Below, in pieces: positions 9,708 to 17,971 of a stretch of 64,000 nucleotides of DNA (the stretch's first letter is position 1; each line of letters opens with the position of its first letter). This stretch comes from Alphaproteobacteria bacterium (GTDB lineage Bacteria > Pseudomonadota > Alphaproteobacteria > Bin95): the NCBI GenBank assembly GCA_965205265.1, contig CBDBGH010000003.1:2816001-2880000 (forward strand), written 5' to 3'. A program made the translations under genes and the position numbers. The notes beneath the pieces were generated by a model. It was not told the origin of the DNA. It was given only the letters and a program-made list of their open reading frames with translations, and did not search any database.

Positions 9708-10601
9708 ATGGTCCACGATGTCCTGAATGACGGTTTCCTTGAAGTCATCGACCCCGATGCGGCGCCGGAAAAGATCGGCGGCGGCTTCGATTTCACCGAG
9801 GGGCCCGTCTGGCATCCGCGCGAGAAGACCGTGGTTTTCTCCGACATGCCGGGCAACCGCATGCGCGTGTGGACCGAGGCCGGCGGCGTCGCCACCTTCC
9901 GCAAGCCCAGCAACATGGCGAACGGCAATGCCTACGACCGCGAAGGCCGGCTCGTCACCTGCGAGCACGCCACCAGCCGGGTGACGCGCACCCGCCATGA
10001 CGGCGGGGTCGAGGTGCTTGCCAGCCACTATGAGGGCAAGGAGCTCAACAGCCCGAACGACATCATCGTGGCGTCCGACGGCGCGATCCTCTTCACCGAT
10101 CCGGGCTTCGGCCGCATGGCCTATTACGGCGTCGAGCGCGAGTCCGAGCTGGATTTCCGCGGCGTTTACCGGCTGGAGCCGGGCGGCGGCGGGCCGCGCC
10201 TGCTCGCCTCGGATTTCGACCAGCCGAACGGCCTCTGCCTCTCGCTCGACGAGAAGCGCCTCTGGATCAACGACACCATGCGCGGCCATATCAGGGTGTT
10301 CGATGTGGAAGCGGACGGCGCGCTCTCCTCCGGCCGCGTCTGGGCGGAGGTTGCGGGCGAGGGGCCGGGCCTGCCCGACGGCATGAAGATCGACGCGGAG
10401 GAGCGGATCTACTGCACCGGCCCCGGCCCCGGCATCCATGTCTTCGACCGCGATGCGACACCGCTCGGCATCGTCCGCCTCCCGGAAGGCTGCGCCAATT
10501 TCTGCTTCGGCGGCGAAGACATGCGCACCCTCTTCGCCACCGCCTCCACCTCCCTCTACCGCATTCCGATGCGCGCGGCAGGACCGTTGTTGCGGTTCTG
10601 A
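9708..10601 (+). CDS. SMP-30/gluconolactonase/LRE family protein
   Basis: FTEGPVW, NSPND, PNGL, PDGMKID motifs. Confidence 0.93.
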   Translation: MVHDVLNDGFLEVIDPDAAPEKIGGGFDFTEGPVWHPREKTVVFSDMPGNRMRVWTEAGGVATFRKPSNMANGNAYDREGRLVTCEHATSRVTRTRHDGGVEVLASHYEGKELNSPNDIIVASDGAILFTDPGFGRMAYYGVERESELDFRGVYRLEPGGGGPRLLASDFDQPNGLCLSLDEKRLWINDTMRGHIRVFDVEADGALSSGRVWAEVAGEGPGLPDGMKIDAEERIYCTGPGPGIHVFDRDATPLGIVRLPEGCANFCFGGEDMRTLFATASTSLYRIPMRAAGPLLRF

Positions 10602-10618
10602 AGTTCCGGAGACCGGAA

Positions 10619-10852
10619 ATGACGGCCTGGAAACTCGACCCCGCGATTGCTGAGCTCCGGGCCGTCAAGGACGCCTACGCGGCGGAATTCGACTTCGACA
10701 TCGACGCGATTTGCGACCGCCTCATTGCCATGGAGAAGACTTCGGGCCGCGATTATGTCTCGCACCCTCCGCGCCGTGTCGCAGCGGAAGCGCCGGTGAT
10801 TTGTACGCCAAGTGAACCACTGGGGAACGATGATGGCGACAACCCGACCTGA
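10619..10852 (+). CDS. Small hypothetical protein (paralog 1 of a tandem pair)
   Basis: DPAIAELRAVKDAYAAEFDFDIDAI...RDYVSHPPRRV; GGAG RBS; paralogous to the next ORF. Confidence 0.75.
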   Translation: MTAWKLDPAIAELRAVKDAYAAEFDFDIDAICDRLIAMEKTSGRDYVSHPPRRVAAEAPVICTPSEPLGNDDGDNPT

Positions 10853-11021
10853 CCCGATAATCGCAGAAGTCCGGGCGGTGCGTGACGCGCATGCAGCCCG
10901 TTTCAACCACGATGTGAAGGCAATCTTCGAGGATATCCGCGCAAAGCAGAAGGCTTCGGAACGAGATTATGTCTCCTGTCCTCCCCGTCGCGTCATGGCG
11001 GAAGCGCCGAACGGGGAGTAA
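10830..11021 (+). CDS. Small hypothetical protein (paralog 2 of a tandem pair)
   Basis: DPIIAEVRAVRDAHAARFNHDVKAIFEDI...RDYVSCPPRRV. Confidence 0.78.
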   Translation: MMATTRPDPIIAEVRAVRDAHAARFNHDVKAIFEDIRAKQKASERDYVSCPPRRVMAEAPNGE

Positions 11022-11077
11022 GCGCGTCTGGAGGGCTGCCAGTGGGATCGAACAAAGCCCGCAATGCCCCCCAACCG

Positions 11078-11195
11078 CCTGCCCCCGCGAAGGCGGGGGT
11101 CGCCCCGGACCCCGATCCGGGGCCTCCGGAAGCATAGGCAACCCCTTCGACATCCCGCCAAGTGGCGCGAGGCCCCGGCTCGGAGGCGGGGCGAC
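11078..11195. repeat. REP-like doublet of a second family (GTCGCCCCGG...CCGGGG / GGCCCCGG...GGGGCGAC) with a nested mini-hairpin
   Basis: Hairpin ccccggaccccgatccgggg at 11103-11122 and inverted partner 11171-11195; extra hairpin cctgcccccgcgaaggcggggg at 11078-11099. Confidence 0.75.
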
Positions 11196-11324
11196 GGTGT
11201 TTTTACGTCTTCGACCCGGTCGCCGCTTGCCCGAATACCGCGAGGCACCCGTTCTCAAACGGTCTCTGACATCGCATATCAAGAAAAATTACCGATATTC
11301 TTGAATTTTGTTCCCTGTATGGGC

Positions 11325-11351
11325 TTGACATCTGGCGGATTGTGGTATGAT
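11325..11351 (+). promoter_or_regulatory. Sigma70-type promoter of cassette copy A
   Basis: TTGACA-N15-TATGAT with TGn extended -10, AT-rich upstream tract and TCAAGAA-N12-TTCTTGA palindrome (11279-11304); homologous promoter in copy B. Confidence 0.7.
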
Positions 11352-11360
11352 GGTCCCCAA

Positions 11361-11559
11361 GGAAGCGGACTCCGGAGCCGCCTCCCCGGGTGCCGCGCGG
11401 CCGAGCGGCGCCAGTTTCTGAAAACCCGTGAGAAGCCGACGGGAGACGTGCGCCCTGTGCCTCGCGCGCGCAATCAGGCGCGCGAACCGCGCCGCCGCGT
11501 AACGCCCGCCCGCGCCGGCACAGGCGCACGCGCGGGAGACGCGCGAAACAGGGACCCGC
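11361..11559 (+). ncRNA. Candidate structured leader / ncRNA, copy A
   Basis: Starts just after the promoter; blocks conserved with 24231-24440 (-): 39/42 and 23/27 identity, plus a GGAAGC-TCCGGA-GCYTCC hairpin. Confidence 0.5.
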
Positions 11560-11582
11560 TCCCCGTCGGAGGAGGAGAGACG

Positions 11583-12191
11583 ATGACCGCAACCGACCCC
11601 CGCCCCGCACTGGCGGCGATGCTGGCCGAAAAGTTGGCCCCCGCCGCCGCAGCCCTTGCCGAAGCTTATGCCCAGGACATGGGCGCAGCGCCGCCGCCGG
11701 AGGACGACCGCGCCCTTGCCGACCGTCACCGCGCCGGACGCGCCGCGCTCTCCCATCTGCGCCAGCTCCTCAACCTCCTCGACTGGGCCGCCGCCCGCAT
11801 GCCCGAACCGGAGCCGGCAGTCGTCGAAGAGCCGGCGGAGGACCTCGACGACTGGGTTCCGGAGCCGGAGCCCGAGACCGGCTATGACGGCAGCGAGGAC
11901 GAATACCACTATTTCGACGAGGTCTATGTCGGCAGCCAGCAGACGCCGGAGTTCCGGGCCTGGCATGCGGAGCAGGAGCGTCGCTTCGGGCCGCTGGTGC
12001 CGGACGAGGACAGTTACGACGGCAGCGAGGACTACTACAACTTCGGCGAGCGCCAGTATGTGGGCAAGCTGACCACGCCCGCGTTCTACGACTGGCTCGC
12101 CCGCCAGGAACGCCGCGAGGCCGCAGAACTCGCCGCAACGGAGGCCGCAGAAGGAGGCGGGGGTGCGGGGTTCAATGGACGGGGAGAGTAG
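11583..12191 (+). CDS. Orphan 202-aa protein: helical N-domain plus two 44-aa acidic/aromatic repeats
   Basis: Strong GGAGGAG RBS; GC3-biased codons; repeats YDGSEDEYHYFDEVYVGSQQTPEFRAWHAEQERR and YDGSEDYYNFGERQYVGKLTTPAFYDWLARQERR. Confidence 0.75.
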   Translation: MTATDPRPALAAMLAEKLAPAAAALAEAYAQDMGAAPPPEDDRALADRHRAGRAALSHLRQLLNLLDWAAARMPEPEPAVVEEPAEDLDDWVPEPEPETGYDGSEDEYHYFDEVYVGSQQTPEFRAWHAEQERRFGPLVPDEDSYDGSEDYYNFGERQYVGKLTTPAFYDWLARQERREAAELAATEAAEGGGGAGFNGRGE

Positions 12192-12288
12192 AAATCGGGC
12201 CGTATCGCCTGCCCGTCCCTCCCGCTTGCGGCGGAAATCGTCCTCACCCTGCCTGCCTTGCCCCCTCCCTCGCTTGCTCCTTTCTTCT

Positions 12289-12565
12289 CCTCCCCCGCTT
12301 GCGGGAGGCCGGGTGGGGCCCTCCCGGCGAGCCTGCCCCGGACCCCGATCCGGGGGGCACCTCCCGGGCTTCGCCCGCCGCTTGCGCTGGCGTGCAAGCG
12401 GCCCCTCACCCAACCCTCTCCCGGGGGGAGAGGGCTTTCCTGCGGAGGCGGCGTTCCATCTTGCCTGCCCCAATCCCTCCTTCGCTTGCGAGGGAAGGGT
12501 TGGGGCGGGAGGCCGTCTTTCCGCACGACGGCCTCTGCCGGGCTTCGCCCGCAGGCGGGGAGGGA
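12289..12565. repeat. Cluster of CCCTC(T)CCC...GGGAG(A)GG-type palindromic REP-like units
   Basis: cctcccccgcttgcgggagg, cccctcacccaaccctctcccggggggagaggg, ccctccttcgcttgcgagggaaggg, cccgcaggcggggaggga. Confidence 0.75.
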
Positions 12566-12585
12566 AGTCAGCGCACGGATAGCTT

Positions 12586-12690
12586 CATGCCTGAAACGGC
12601 TACAGCATATGAACCTGGCGCATGCAAAACATGACATTTCATGACGCCGGCCGGAGAGGGCCATGACCGAACATGACATCCCATGACATC
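12586..12690 (+). repeat. Phased CATGAC array (2+3 copies, 10-bp period), copy A
   Basis: CATGAC at 12630, 12640, 12662, 12672, 12682, preceded by the conserved ACAGCATATG...CGCATGCA block. Confidence 0.85.
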
Positions 12691-12747
12691 GGCCGGGAGG
12701 CGTCCCGGCAGCCGCTCTCCAGCGCCTTCGCCGGAACCCGGTCCGGT

Positions 12748-13830
12748 TCAGCCGCGCAGCGCCGGGAGGACCTCGGTCTCGATCAGCTGCTTTGCGACCG
12801 GCCCGGCCCCGCCTCCGGCGCTGCGCCAATTGCCGTTGACGACGATCTTGTCGAGCCCGAGCGCCCGCAGCCGGACGAGCCGTTCCAGCACCCGCTCCGG
12901 CGGCCCGACGGCGGCGTATTCCCGGATGAACGCCGGCGTCAGCACCGCCGCCTGCGCCGAATCGCCCTCCGTGTGCCTGTGCATGTCATAAGCCTGGCGC
13001 ATCGCCTCCATCACCCGGCGGTTCTCTTCGGAGAGCGGGCCGCTCGCCCGGCCGTGCATGACGGCGAAGCGCGCGAAGACGGTCAGGTTGCCGCGCACCA
13101 TGTCCTGGGCGGCTTCCATGTCGGGGTGGCAGCCGCAGGACACATAGGCGCCGAAACGCAGGCCTTCCGGGTCGAGGCCGGCCGCCTCGCGCGCCGCCCG
13201 GGCGGCGGCGATGCCCCAGGCGAGGCGCTCCGGCGAGGCGCCGAGCGCGAACATCACCCGGTCCGCCCGGCGCGCGGCGATGGCGATGACCTTCGGCCCC
13301 GTCGCCGCGACCTCGACAAGCGCCTTGCCGTCCCGCGCCGCAGCCCCGGCCATCCACCGGATGCGGCTCGCCGCCGGCGTCTCGGCGAGCGCCAGCGTCT
13401 CCACCGGCGGCGCGGATGCGGCCGGAATATCGACCAGCTCCTCGAACGCCACCTCGCCGCCCGACAGATAGGCCTGGAGGTGGGTGAGATAGCGCTCGAA
13501 CTGCCCGAGCCGCGCCGGGGCGCGGCCGAGATGGGCGAGCGCGGAATCGCCCCGGCCGATGCCGAGCGTCATCCGCCCCCGCGACACGCTGTTGACCGTG
13601 GCCGCCGCCGAGGCCAGCACCGCGGCCGTCCGCGTGACCGGATTGGAGACGCCCGTGCCGAGCCCGAGGCGCCGGGTAACGGTGGCCGCCATGGCCAGCG
13701 CGACGAAGGAATCGGCCGCGAGGTTCTGGGAATCGACGACATTGACGCCGTCCCAGCCGCTTTCCTCCAGCGCCCGCGCCTCGTGCAGAATGCCGCGCGG
13801 CGCGGGCATGCAATTGGTCCAGATTTCCAT
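12748..13830 (-). CDS. LLM-class (luciferase-like) flavin-dependent oxidoreductase
   Basis: DSQNLAAD, LGTGVSNPVTR, LGIGRGDSAL, AATGPK motifs; ATG at 13830 chosen over the track start. Confidence 0.9.
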   Translation of the reverse strand: MEIWTNCMPAPRGILHEARALEESGWDGVNVVDSQNLAADSFVALAMAATVTRRLGLGTGVSNPVTRTAAVLASAAATVNSVSRGRMTLGIGRGDSALAHLGRAPARLGQFERYLTHLQAYLSGGEVAFEELVDIPAASAPPVETLALAETPAASRIRWMAGAAARDGKALVEVAATGPKVIAIAARRADRVMFALGASPERLAWGIAAARAAREAAGLDPEGLRFGAYVSCGCHPDMEAAQDMVRGNLTVFARFAVMHGRASGPLSEENRRVMEAMRQAYDMHRHTEGDSAQAAVLTPAFIREYAAVGPPERVLERLVRLRALGLDKIVVNGNWRSAGGGAGPVAKQLIETEVLPALRG

Positions 13831-13985
13831 GAGCCCCCGATTCCCTCCCTGCGGGCAAGACGCGCGGGCCGGATTATTCCCGCTTCCGCGCCGCCCGCAA
13901 CCGCCGGCCGTTCCCTTGCGGCGGCCGGTCGTGGCAGTCTCCGCGCCCGGGCCCCTCCCCACCGGCGCCATGCAGGAGTTGGACC

Positions 13986-14855
13986 ATGAACCGACTGTTC
14001 ACCGAGGCCGAATCCGCGGAGATCGTCATCGAGCGGCTGGCCGGCTGCGACGATCCGCGGTTCCGCGCGGTCATGGAGGCCGCCATCCGGCACCTGCACG
14101 CCTTCGTGAAGGAGGTGGAGCCCACCGTCGGGGAATGGGCGCAGGCCATCCGGTTCCTGACCGCCACCGGGCAGATGTGCGACGACCGCCGCCAGGAATG
14201 GATTCTGGCCTCCGACGTGCTCGGCGTTTCCATGCTGGTGGAGACGCTGAACAACCGCTCCGAGGGCGGCGCCACGGAGGCGACGGTGCTCGGCCCCTTC
14301 CATGTCGAGGGCGCGCCGCAGCTCGAGCCCGGCAGCAATATCTGCCGGGACGGCAAGGGCGTGCCCTGCCTCGTCTCCGGGCGCGTCACCGATGTCGAAG
14401 GCAGGCCGCTGGCCGGCGCGGTCCTCGACATCTGGCAGACCGATGCGGACGGCTTCTACGACGTGCAGCAGCCGGAACTGCAGCCGGAGATGAACCTGCG
14501 CGGGCGGTTCCTCACGGGCGCGGACGGGCGCTATTCCTTCCGCACGGTGAGGCCCGTGTCATATCCGGTGCCGACCGACGGCCCGGTCGGGGACATATTG
14601 AGGCGCATGGGCCGGCACGCCTGGCGCCCGGCGCATATCCACTTTATCGCGAGCAAGCCCGGCTACCGGCGGCTCGTGACCCACATCTTCGCCCATGACG
14701 ACCCCTATATCGATTCGGACGCGGTATTCGGGGTCAAGGAATCGCTGCTGGTCGAGTTCCGCGAACATGACGACGGCGAGCAGGCGCGCGAGCTCGGCGT
14801 GGAGGCGCCCTTCTGCACCGCGGAGTTCGACATCCGGCTCGCCCGGGAAGGCTGA
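13986..14855 (+). CDS. Intradiol ring-cleavage dioxygenase (hydroxyquinol/catechol 1,2-dioxygenase-like)
   Basis: RQEWILASDVLG, TVLGPF, GFYDVQ, YPVPTDGP, RPAHIHF, DSDAVFGVK. Confidence 0.93.
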   Translation: MNRLFTEAESAEIVIERLAGCDDPRFRAVMEAAIRHLHAFVKEVEPTVGEWAQAIRFLTATGQMCDDRRQEWILASDVLGVSMLVETLNNRSEGGATEATVLGPFHVEGAPQLEPGSNICRDGKGVPCLVSGRVTDVEGRPLAGAVLDIWQTDADGFYDVQQPELQPEMNLRGRFLTGADGRYSFRTVRPVSYPVPTDGPVGDILRRMGRHAWRPAHIHFIASKPGYRRLVTHIFAHDDPYIDSDAVFGVKESLLVEFREHDDGEQARELGVEAPFCTAEFDIRLAREG

Positions 14856-14867
14856 GGCCGGGCGGGG

Positions 14868-15761
14868 CTACGGCGCGCGGACGAGCGCCGCGGCCTGCGC
14901 GGCGGAGAAGGCTTCCGCGCGGCCGCAGAACTGGCAGACCATCTCCAGCGAGCCGTCCTCCCGGCGCATGTCCTCCATCTCGCCGGCGGAAAGCGCGCGG
15001 AGCACGGTTTCCATCCGCGCCCGGCCGCCGCAGCGGCAGCCGTCGCGAAGCGGGCGCTGGGGATCGACGCGCAGCTCGTCGCGGTGGAAGAGGCGCAGCA
15101 GCAGCGCGTCGCCCGGCAGCGCGGGGTCGAGCAGTTCGTCCGGACCGACGGTGAGCATGTAGTGCCCGAGCCGGGTCCAGAGATCGCCGGTCTCCTCGGG
15201 CGGGTCCGGCTCGTCCGGGAGGCGCTGGAGCATCAGCGCCGCCGCGCGCCAGGCCCCGCCCCGCCGGCCGCAGGCGGCCGCAAGGCAGGTGTCGATCTGC
15301 TCCGACTGGCGGAAATAATGCAGCACGGACTGCGCGAGGCCGCCCCTGGCCAGTTCGACCACGCCCTGGTAGCGCTCGCCGCCGTCCGCCGGATCGAATG
15401 TGAACGCCAGATAGCCGGCGCCGAACGGGCCGCCGCCGGCCTCTGCCGGCCCGGCCTCGCCGTCGAAGCCGGCAAAGCCGCGCATGAGCCCCGCCGCGTC
15501 TATATCCGCCACCAGCCGGCGGATCGCGCCGTCGCCTTCGACCTGAAGCGTGAATATGCCGCCCGCCTTGAGCGACTGCGCGAGCGCGGCCGCGACCGCC
15601 AGCGATTCGCCCAGCACCGCCGCCGCTGCATCCGGATAGGCGTGCCGGTCGAGGATGCGCGCGACCTCCGGCCCGAGGCGCACGAGGCGGCCGCGCACCC
15701 TTGTGCCGGCCAGCCGGAAGGGTCTCACATAATCGTCGCGAAGCGCCGCGCGAGCCTCCAT
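14868..15761 (-). CDS. hslO: Hsp33 redox-regulated chaperone
   Basis: VRGRLVRL, YQGVVEL, YFRQSEQI, CRC...CQFC zinc motif; downstream of argF. Confidence 0.92.
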   Translation of the reverse strand: MEARAALRDDYVRPFRLAGTRVRGRLVRLGPEVARILDRHAYPDAAAAVLGESLAVAAALAQSLKAGGIFTLQVEGDGAIRRLVADIDAAGLMRGFAGFDGEAGPAEAGGGPFGAGYLAFTFDPADGGERYQGVVELARGGLAQSVLHYFRQSEQIDTCLAAACGRRGGAWRAAALMLQRLPDEPDPPEETGDLWTRLGHYMLTVGPDELLDPALPGDALLLRLFHRDELRVDPQRPLRDGCRCGGRARMETVLRALSAGEMEDMRREDGSLEMVCQFCGRAEAFSAAQAAALVRAP

Positions 15762-15770
15762 GCGCCGGCG

Positions 15771-16673
15771 CTACCGCCCGAGGCACCAGGCGAGAATGCC
15801 CTTCTGCGCATGCAGCCGGTTTTCCGCCTCGTCCCAGACGGCCGATTGCGGCCCGTCGATCACGGCGCCGGAAACCTCCTCGCCGCGGTGCGCCGGCAGG
15901 CAATGCAGGAAAATGGCGTCCGGCCGCGCCCCGGCCATCAGCCGCTCATCGACGCGGTACGGCGCCAGCAGGTTGTGGCGGCTGCTCTCGCTGCCGTCAT
16001 TCATCGACACCCAGACGTCGGTGACGACCGCATGGGCGCCGGATACAGCCGCCGCCGGGTCGTCGTGGAGGCTCACCCGCGCGCCGTTCGCTTCCGCCCA
16101 GGCGAGCGCGTCGGCCGGCGGACGGCGCTCCGGCGGGCAGCCGACGGCGAGGTCGAAATCGAAGCGCGCCGCCGCGTGGATCCAGCTCGTGGCGACATTA
16201 TTGCCGTCGCCGCTCCAGGCGATGCGCTTGCCGGCAATGGCGCCGCGCCGCTCTTCGAAGGTCATCACGTCCGCCATGAGCTGGCAGGGATGCGAGCGGT
16301 CGGTCAGCCCGTTGATGACCGGCACTTCGGCATTGGCGGCGAGCTCGGTCAGCTTGTCGTGGCTGTCGGTGCGGATCATGATCGCATCGACATAGCGCGA
16401 CAGCACCCGTGCCGTATCGGCCCAGCTCTCGCCGCGCTTGACCTGGGTTTCCTGGCCGGAAAGCACGATGACATGGCCGCCGAGCTGGCGCATGGCGACC
16501 TCGAAGGACACGCGGGTGCGCGTCGAGGGCTGCTCGAAGATCATCGCGAGCGTCTTGCCCTCGAGCGGCCGGTCCGGGTCCCCCGCCTTGAAGGCGAGGG
16601 CCCGGTCGAGGATGCGGCGGAGCGCGGCCCCGTCGTAATCCTTGAGGTCGAGGAAGTGGCGCGGCGCGCTCAT
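15771..16673 (-). CDS. argF: Ornithine carbamoyltransferase
   Basis: [35 protein letters not shown]. Confidence 0.97.
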   Translation of the reverse strand: MSAPRHFLDLKDYDGAALRRILDRALAFKAGDPDRPLEGKTLAMIFEQPSTRTRVSFEVAMRQLGGHVIVLSGQETQVKRGESWADTARVLSRYVDAIMIRTDSHDKLTELAANAEVPVINGLTDRSHPCQLMADVMTFEERRGAIAGKRIAWSGDGNNVATSWIHAAARFDFDLAVGCPPERRPPADALAWAEANGARVSLHDDPAAAVSGAHAVVTDVWVSMNDGSESSRHNLLAPYRVDERLMAGARPDAIFLHCLPAHRGEEVSGAVIDGPQSAVWDEAENRLHAQKGILAWCLGR

Positions 16674-16679
16674 ACGCTC

Positions 16680-17861
16680 TCACGCAGCGGCGGCGGCGAA
16701 TTCCCGGCAAGCGCCTTCGACCATGCCGACCGCCTCGCCGATATGCGAGTCCTCGACGACGAGCGGCGGCAGCAGCCGCACGACATTCTCGCCCGCCGGC
16801 ACCGCGAGCAGGCCCTGGCGGCGCAGTTCGCCCACAAATTCGCCGTTGGCGGGGCCGGTGCGCAGCCCGACCATCATGCCCGTGCCGCGCACTTCCAGGA
16901 TCGTGTCCGGATAGCGCGCCGCGAGCGCCGCGAGGCGCCCGTGCAGATCCCTGGCACGCGCCTGCACGTTGTCGAGGAAACCCTCGGCCAGCAGCGCGTC
17001 GAGCACGGCGTTGACGACGGCCGTCGCCAGCGGGTTGCCGCCGAATGTGGAGCCATGCGTGCCGGCGACCATGCCCGACGCCGCCTCTTCCGTCGCGAGG
17101 CAGGCGCCGACCGGGAACCCGCCGCCAAGGCCCTTGGCGAGCGCCATCACGTCCGGGCGGATGCCCGACCATTCATAGGCGAACAGCTTGCCGGTGCGGC
17201 CCATGCCGCACTGCACCTCGTCGAGGAACATCAGGAGGCCGAACTCGTCGCAGATCTCGCGCACGCCCTTGAGGTAGTCGGCGGACATCGGGCGGATGCC
17301 GCCCTCGCCCTGCACCGGCTCGACCAGAATGGCGCAGGTCTCGCCGGTGACGGCCGCGCGCAGCTCGTTGAGATTGCCGAAGGCCACCTGATCGAAGCCC
17401 TCGGTAACCGGGCCGAAGCCCTTGTAGAGCTTCTCCTGGCCGGATGCGGCGATGGAGGCGAGCGAGCGGCCGTGGAAGCAGCCCTCGACCGTGATGATGC
17501 GGAAGCGCTCCGGCTCGCCCTTGTCCGCATAGTGCTTGCGGACGAGCTTGATGCCGCATTCGATGGCCTCGAGGCCGGAATTGCAGAAGAAGACCGTGTC
17601 CGCGAAGCTGTTCTCGGTCAGTCGTCGCCCGGCTCGCTCCTGATTGGGAATATTGTACAGGTTCGAGGTATGCCAGAGTCGGCCGGCCTGATCCTGGAGC
17701 GCGGCGACAAGGCCGGGATGGGCGTGGCCGAGAGCGGTCACGGCGATCCCGCCGCCGAAGTCCAGGAACCGCCGCCCGTCGGACGCGAAGAGGTAGGGGC
17801 CCTCGCCTTTCTCGAAAGCGATGTCCCGATCCCCGTAGGTCGGCATCAGGGGGGCGATCAC
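16680..17861 (-). CDS. argD: Acetylornithine aminotransferase
   Basis: LMPTY, FFCNSG, FHGRS, EPVQGEGG, DEVQCGMGRTG, AKGLGGGFP, HGSTFGGNP; GTG start inferred. Confidence 0.95.
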   Translation of the reverse strand: MIAPLMPTYGDRDIAFEKGEGPYLFASDGRRFLDFGGGIAVTALGHAHPGLVAALQDQAGRLWHTSNLYNIPNQERAGRRLTENSFADTVFFCNSGLEAIECGIKLVRKHYADKGEPERFRIITVEGCFHGRSLASIAASGQEKLYKGFGPVTEGFDQVAFGNLNELRAAVTGETCAILVEPVQGEGGIRPMSADYLKGVREICDEFGLLMFLDEVQCGMGRTGKLFAYEWSGIRPDVMALAKGLGGGFPVGACLATEEAASGMVAGTHGSTFGGNPLATAVVNAVLDALLAEGFLDNVQARARDLHGRLAALAARYPDTILEVRGTGMMVGLRTGPANGEFVGELRRQGLLAVPAGENVVRLLPPLVVEDSHIGEAVGMVEGACREFAAAAA

Positions 17862-17971
17862 GATCGGGTCTCCTTCGGATGGTGCTTCAAACGACATCCC
17901 CGCCGCAGGCCGGCGGGGAAGCGCGCAATAGTGGTTGCCGGGCGGCTTATGTCAATGCCCGGCTTGAGGCC

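Noticed and set aside
11279-11320. Possible alphaproteobacterial LexA box upstream of the cassette promoters
   Set aside because: GTTC/ATTC half-sites are present but not at the GTTC-N7-GTTC spacing in either copy.
11064-11582. N-terminal extension of the orphan ORF, and ORF 24109..24486 sharing the peptide NQAREPRRR
   Set aside because: These frames run through REPs and promoter boxes (LWYD and MCYN are translated -10 elements) and conservation is confined to short blocks, so it is better explained as non-coding.
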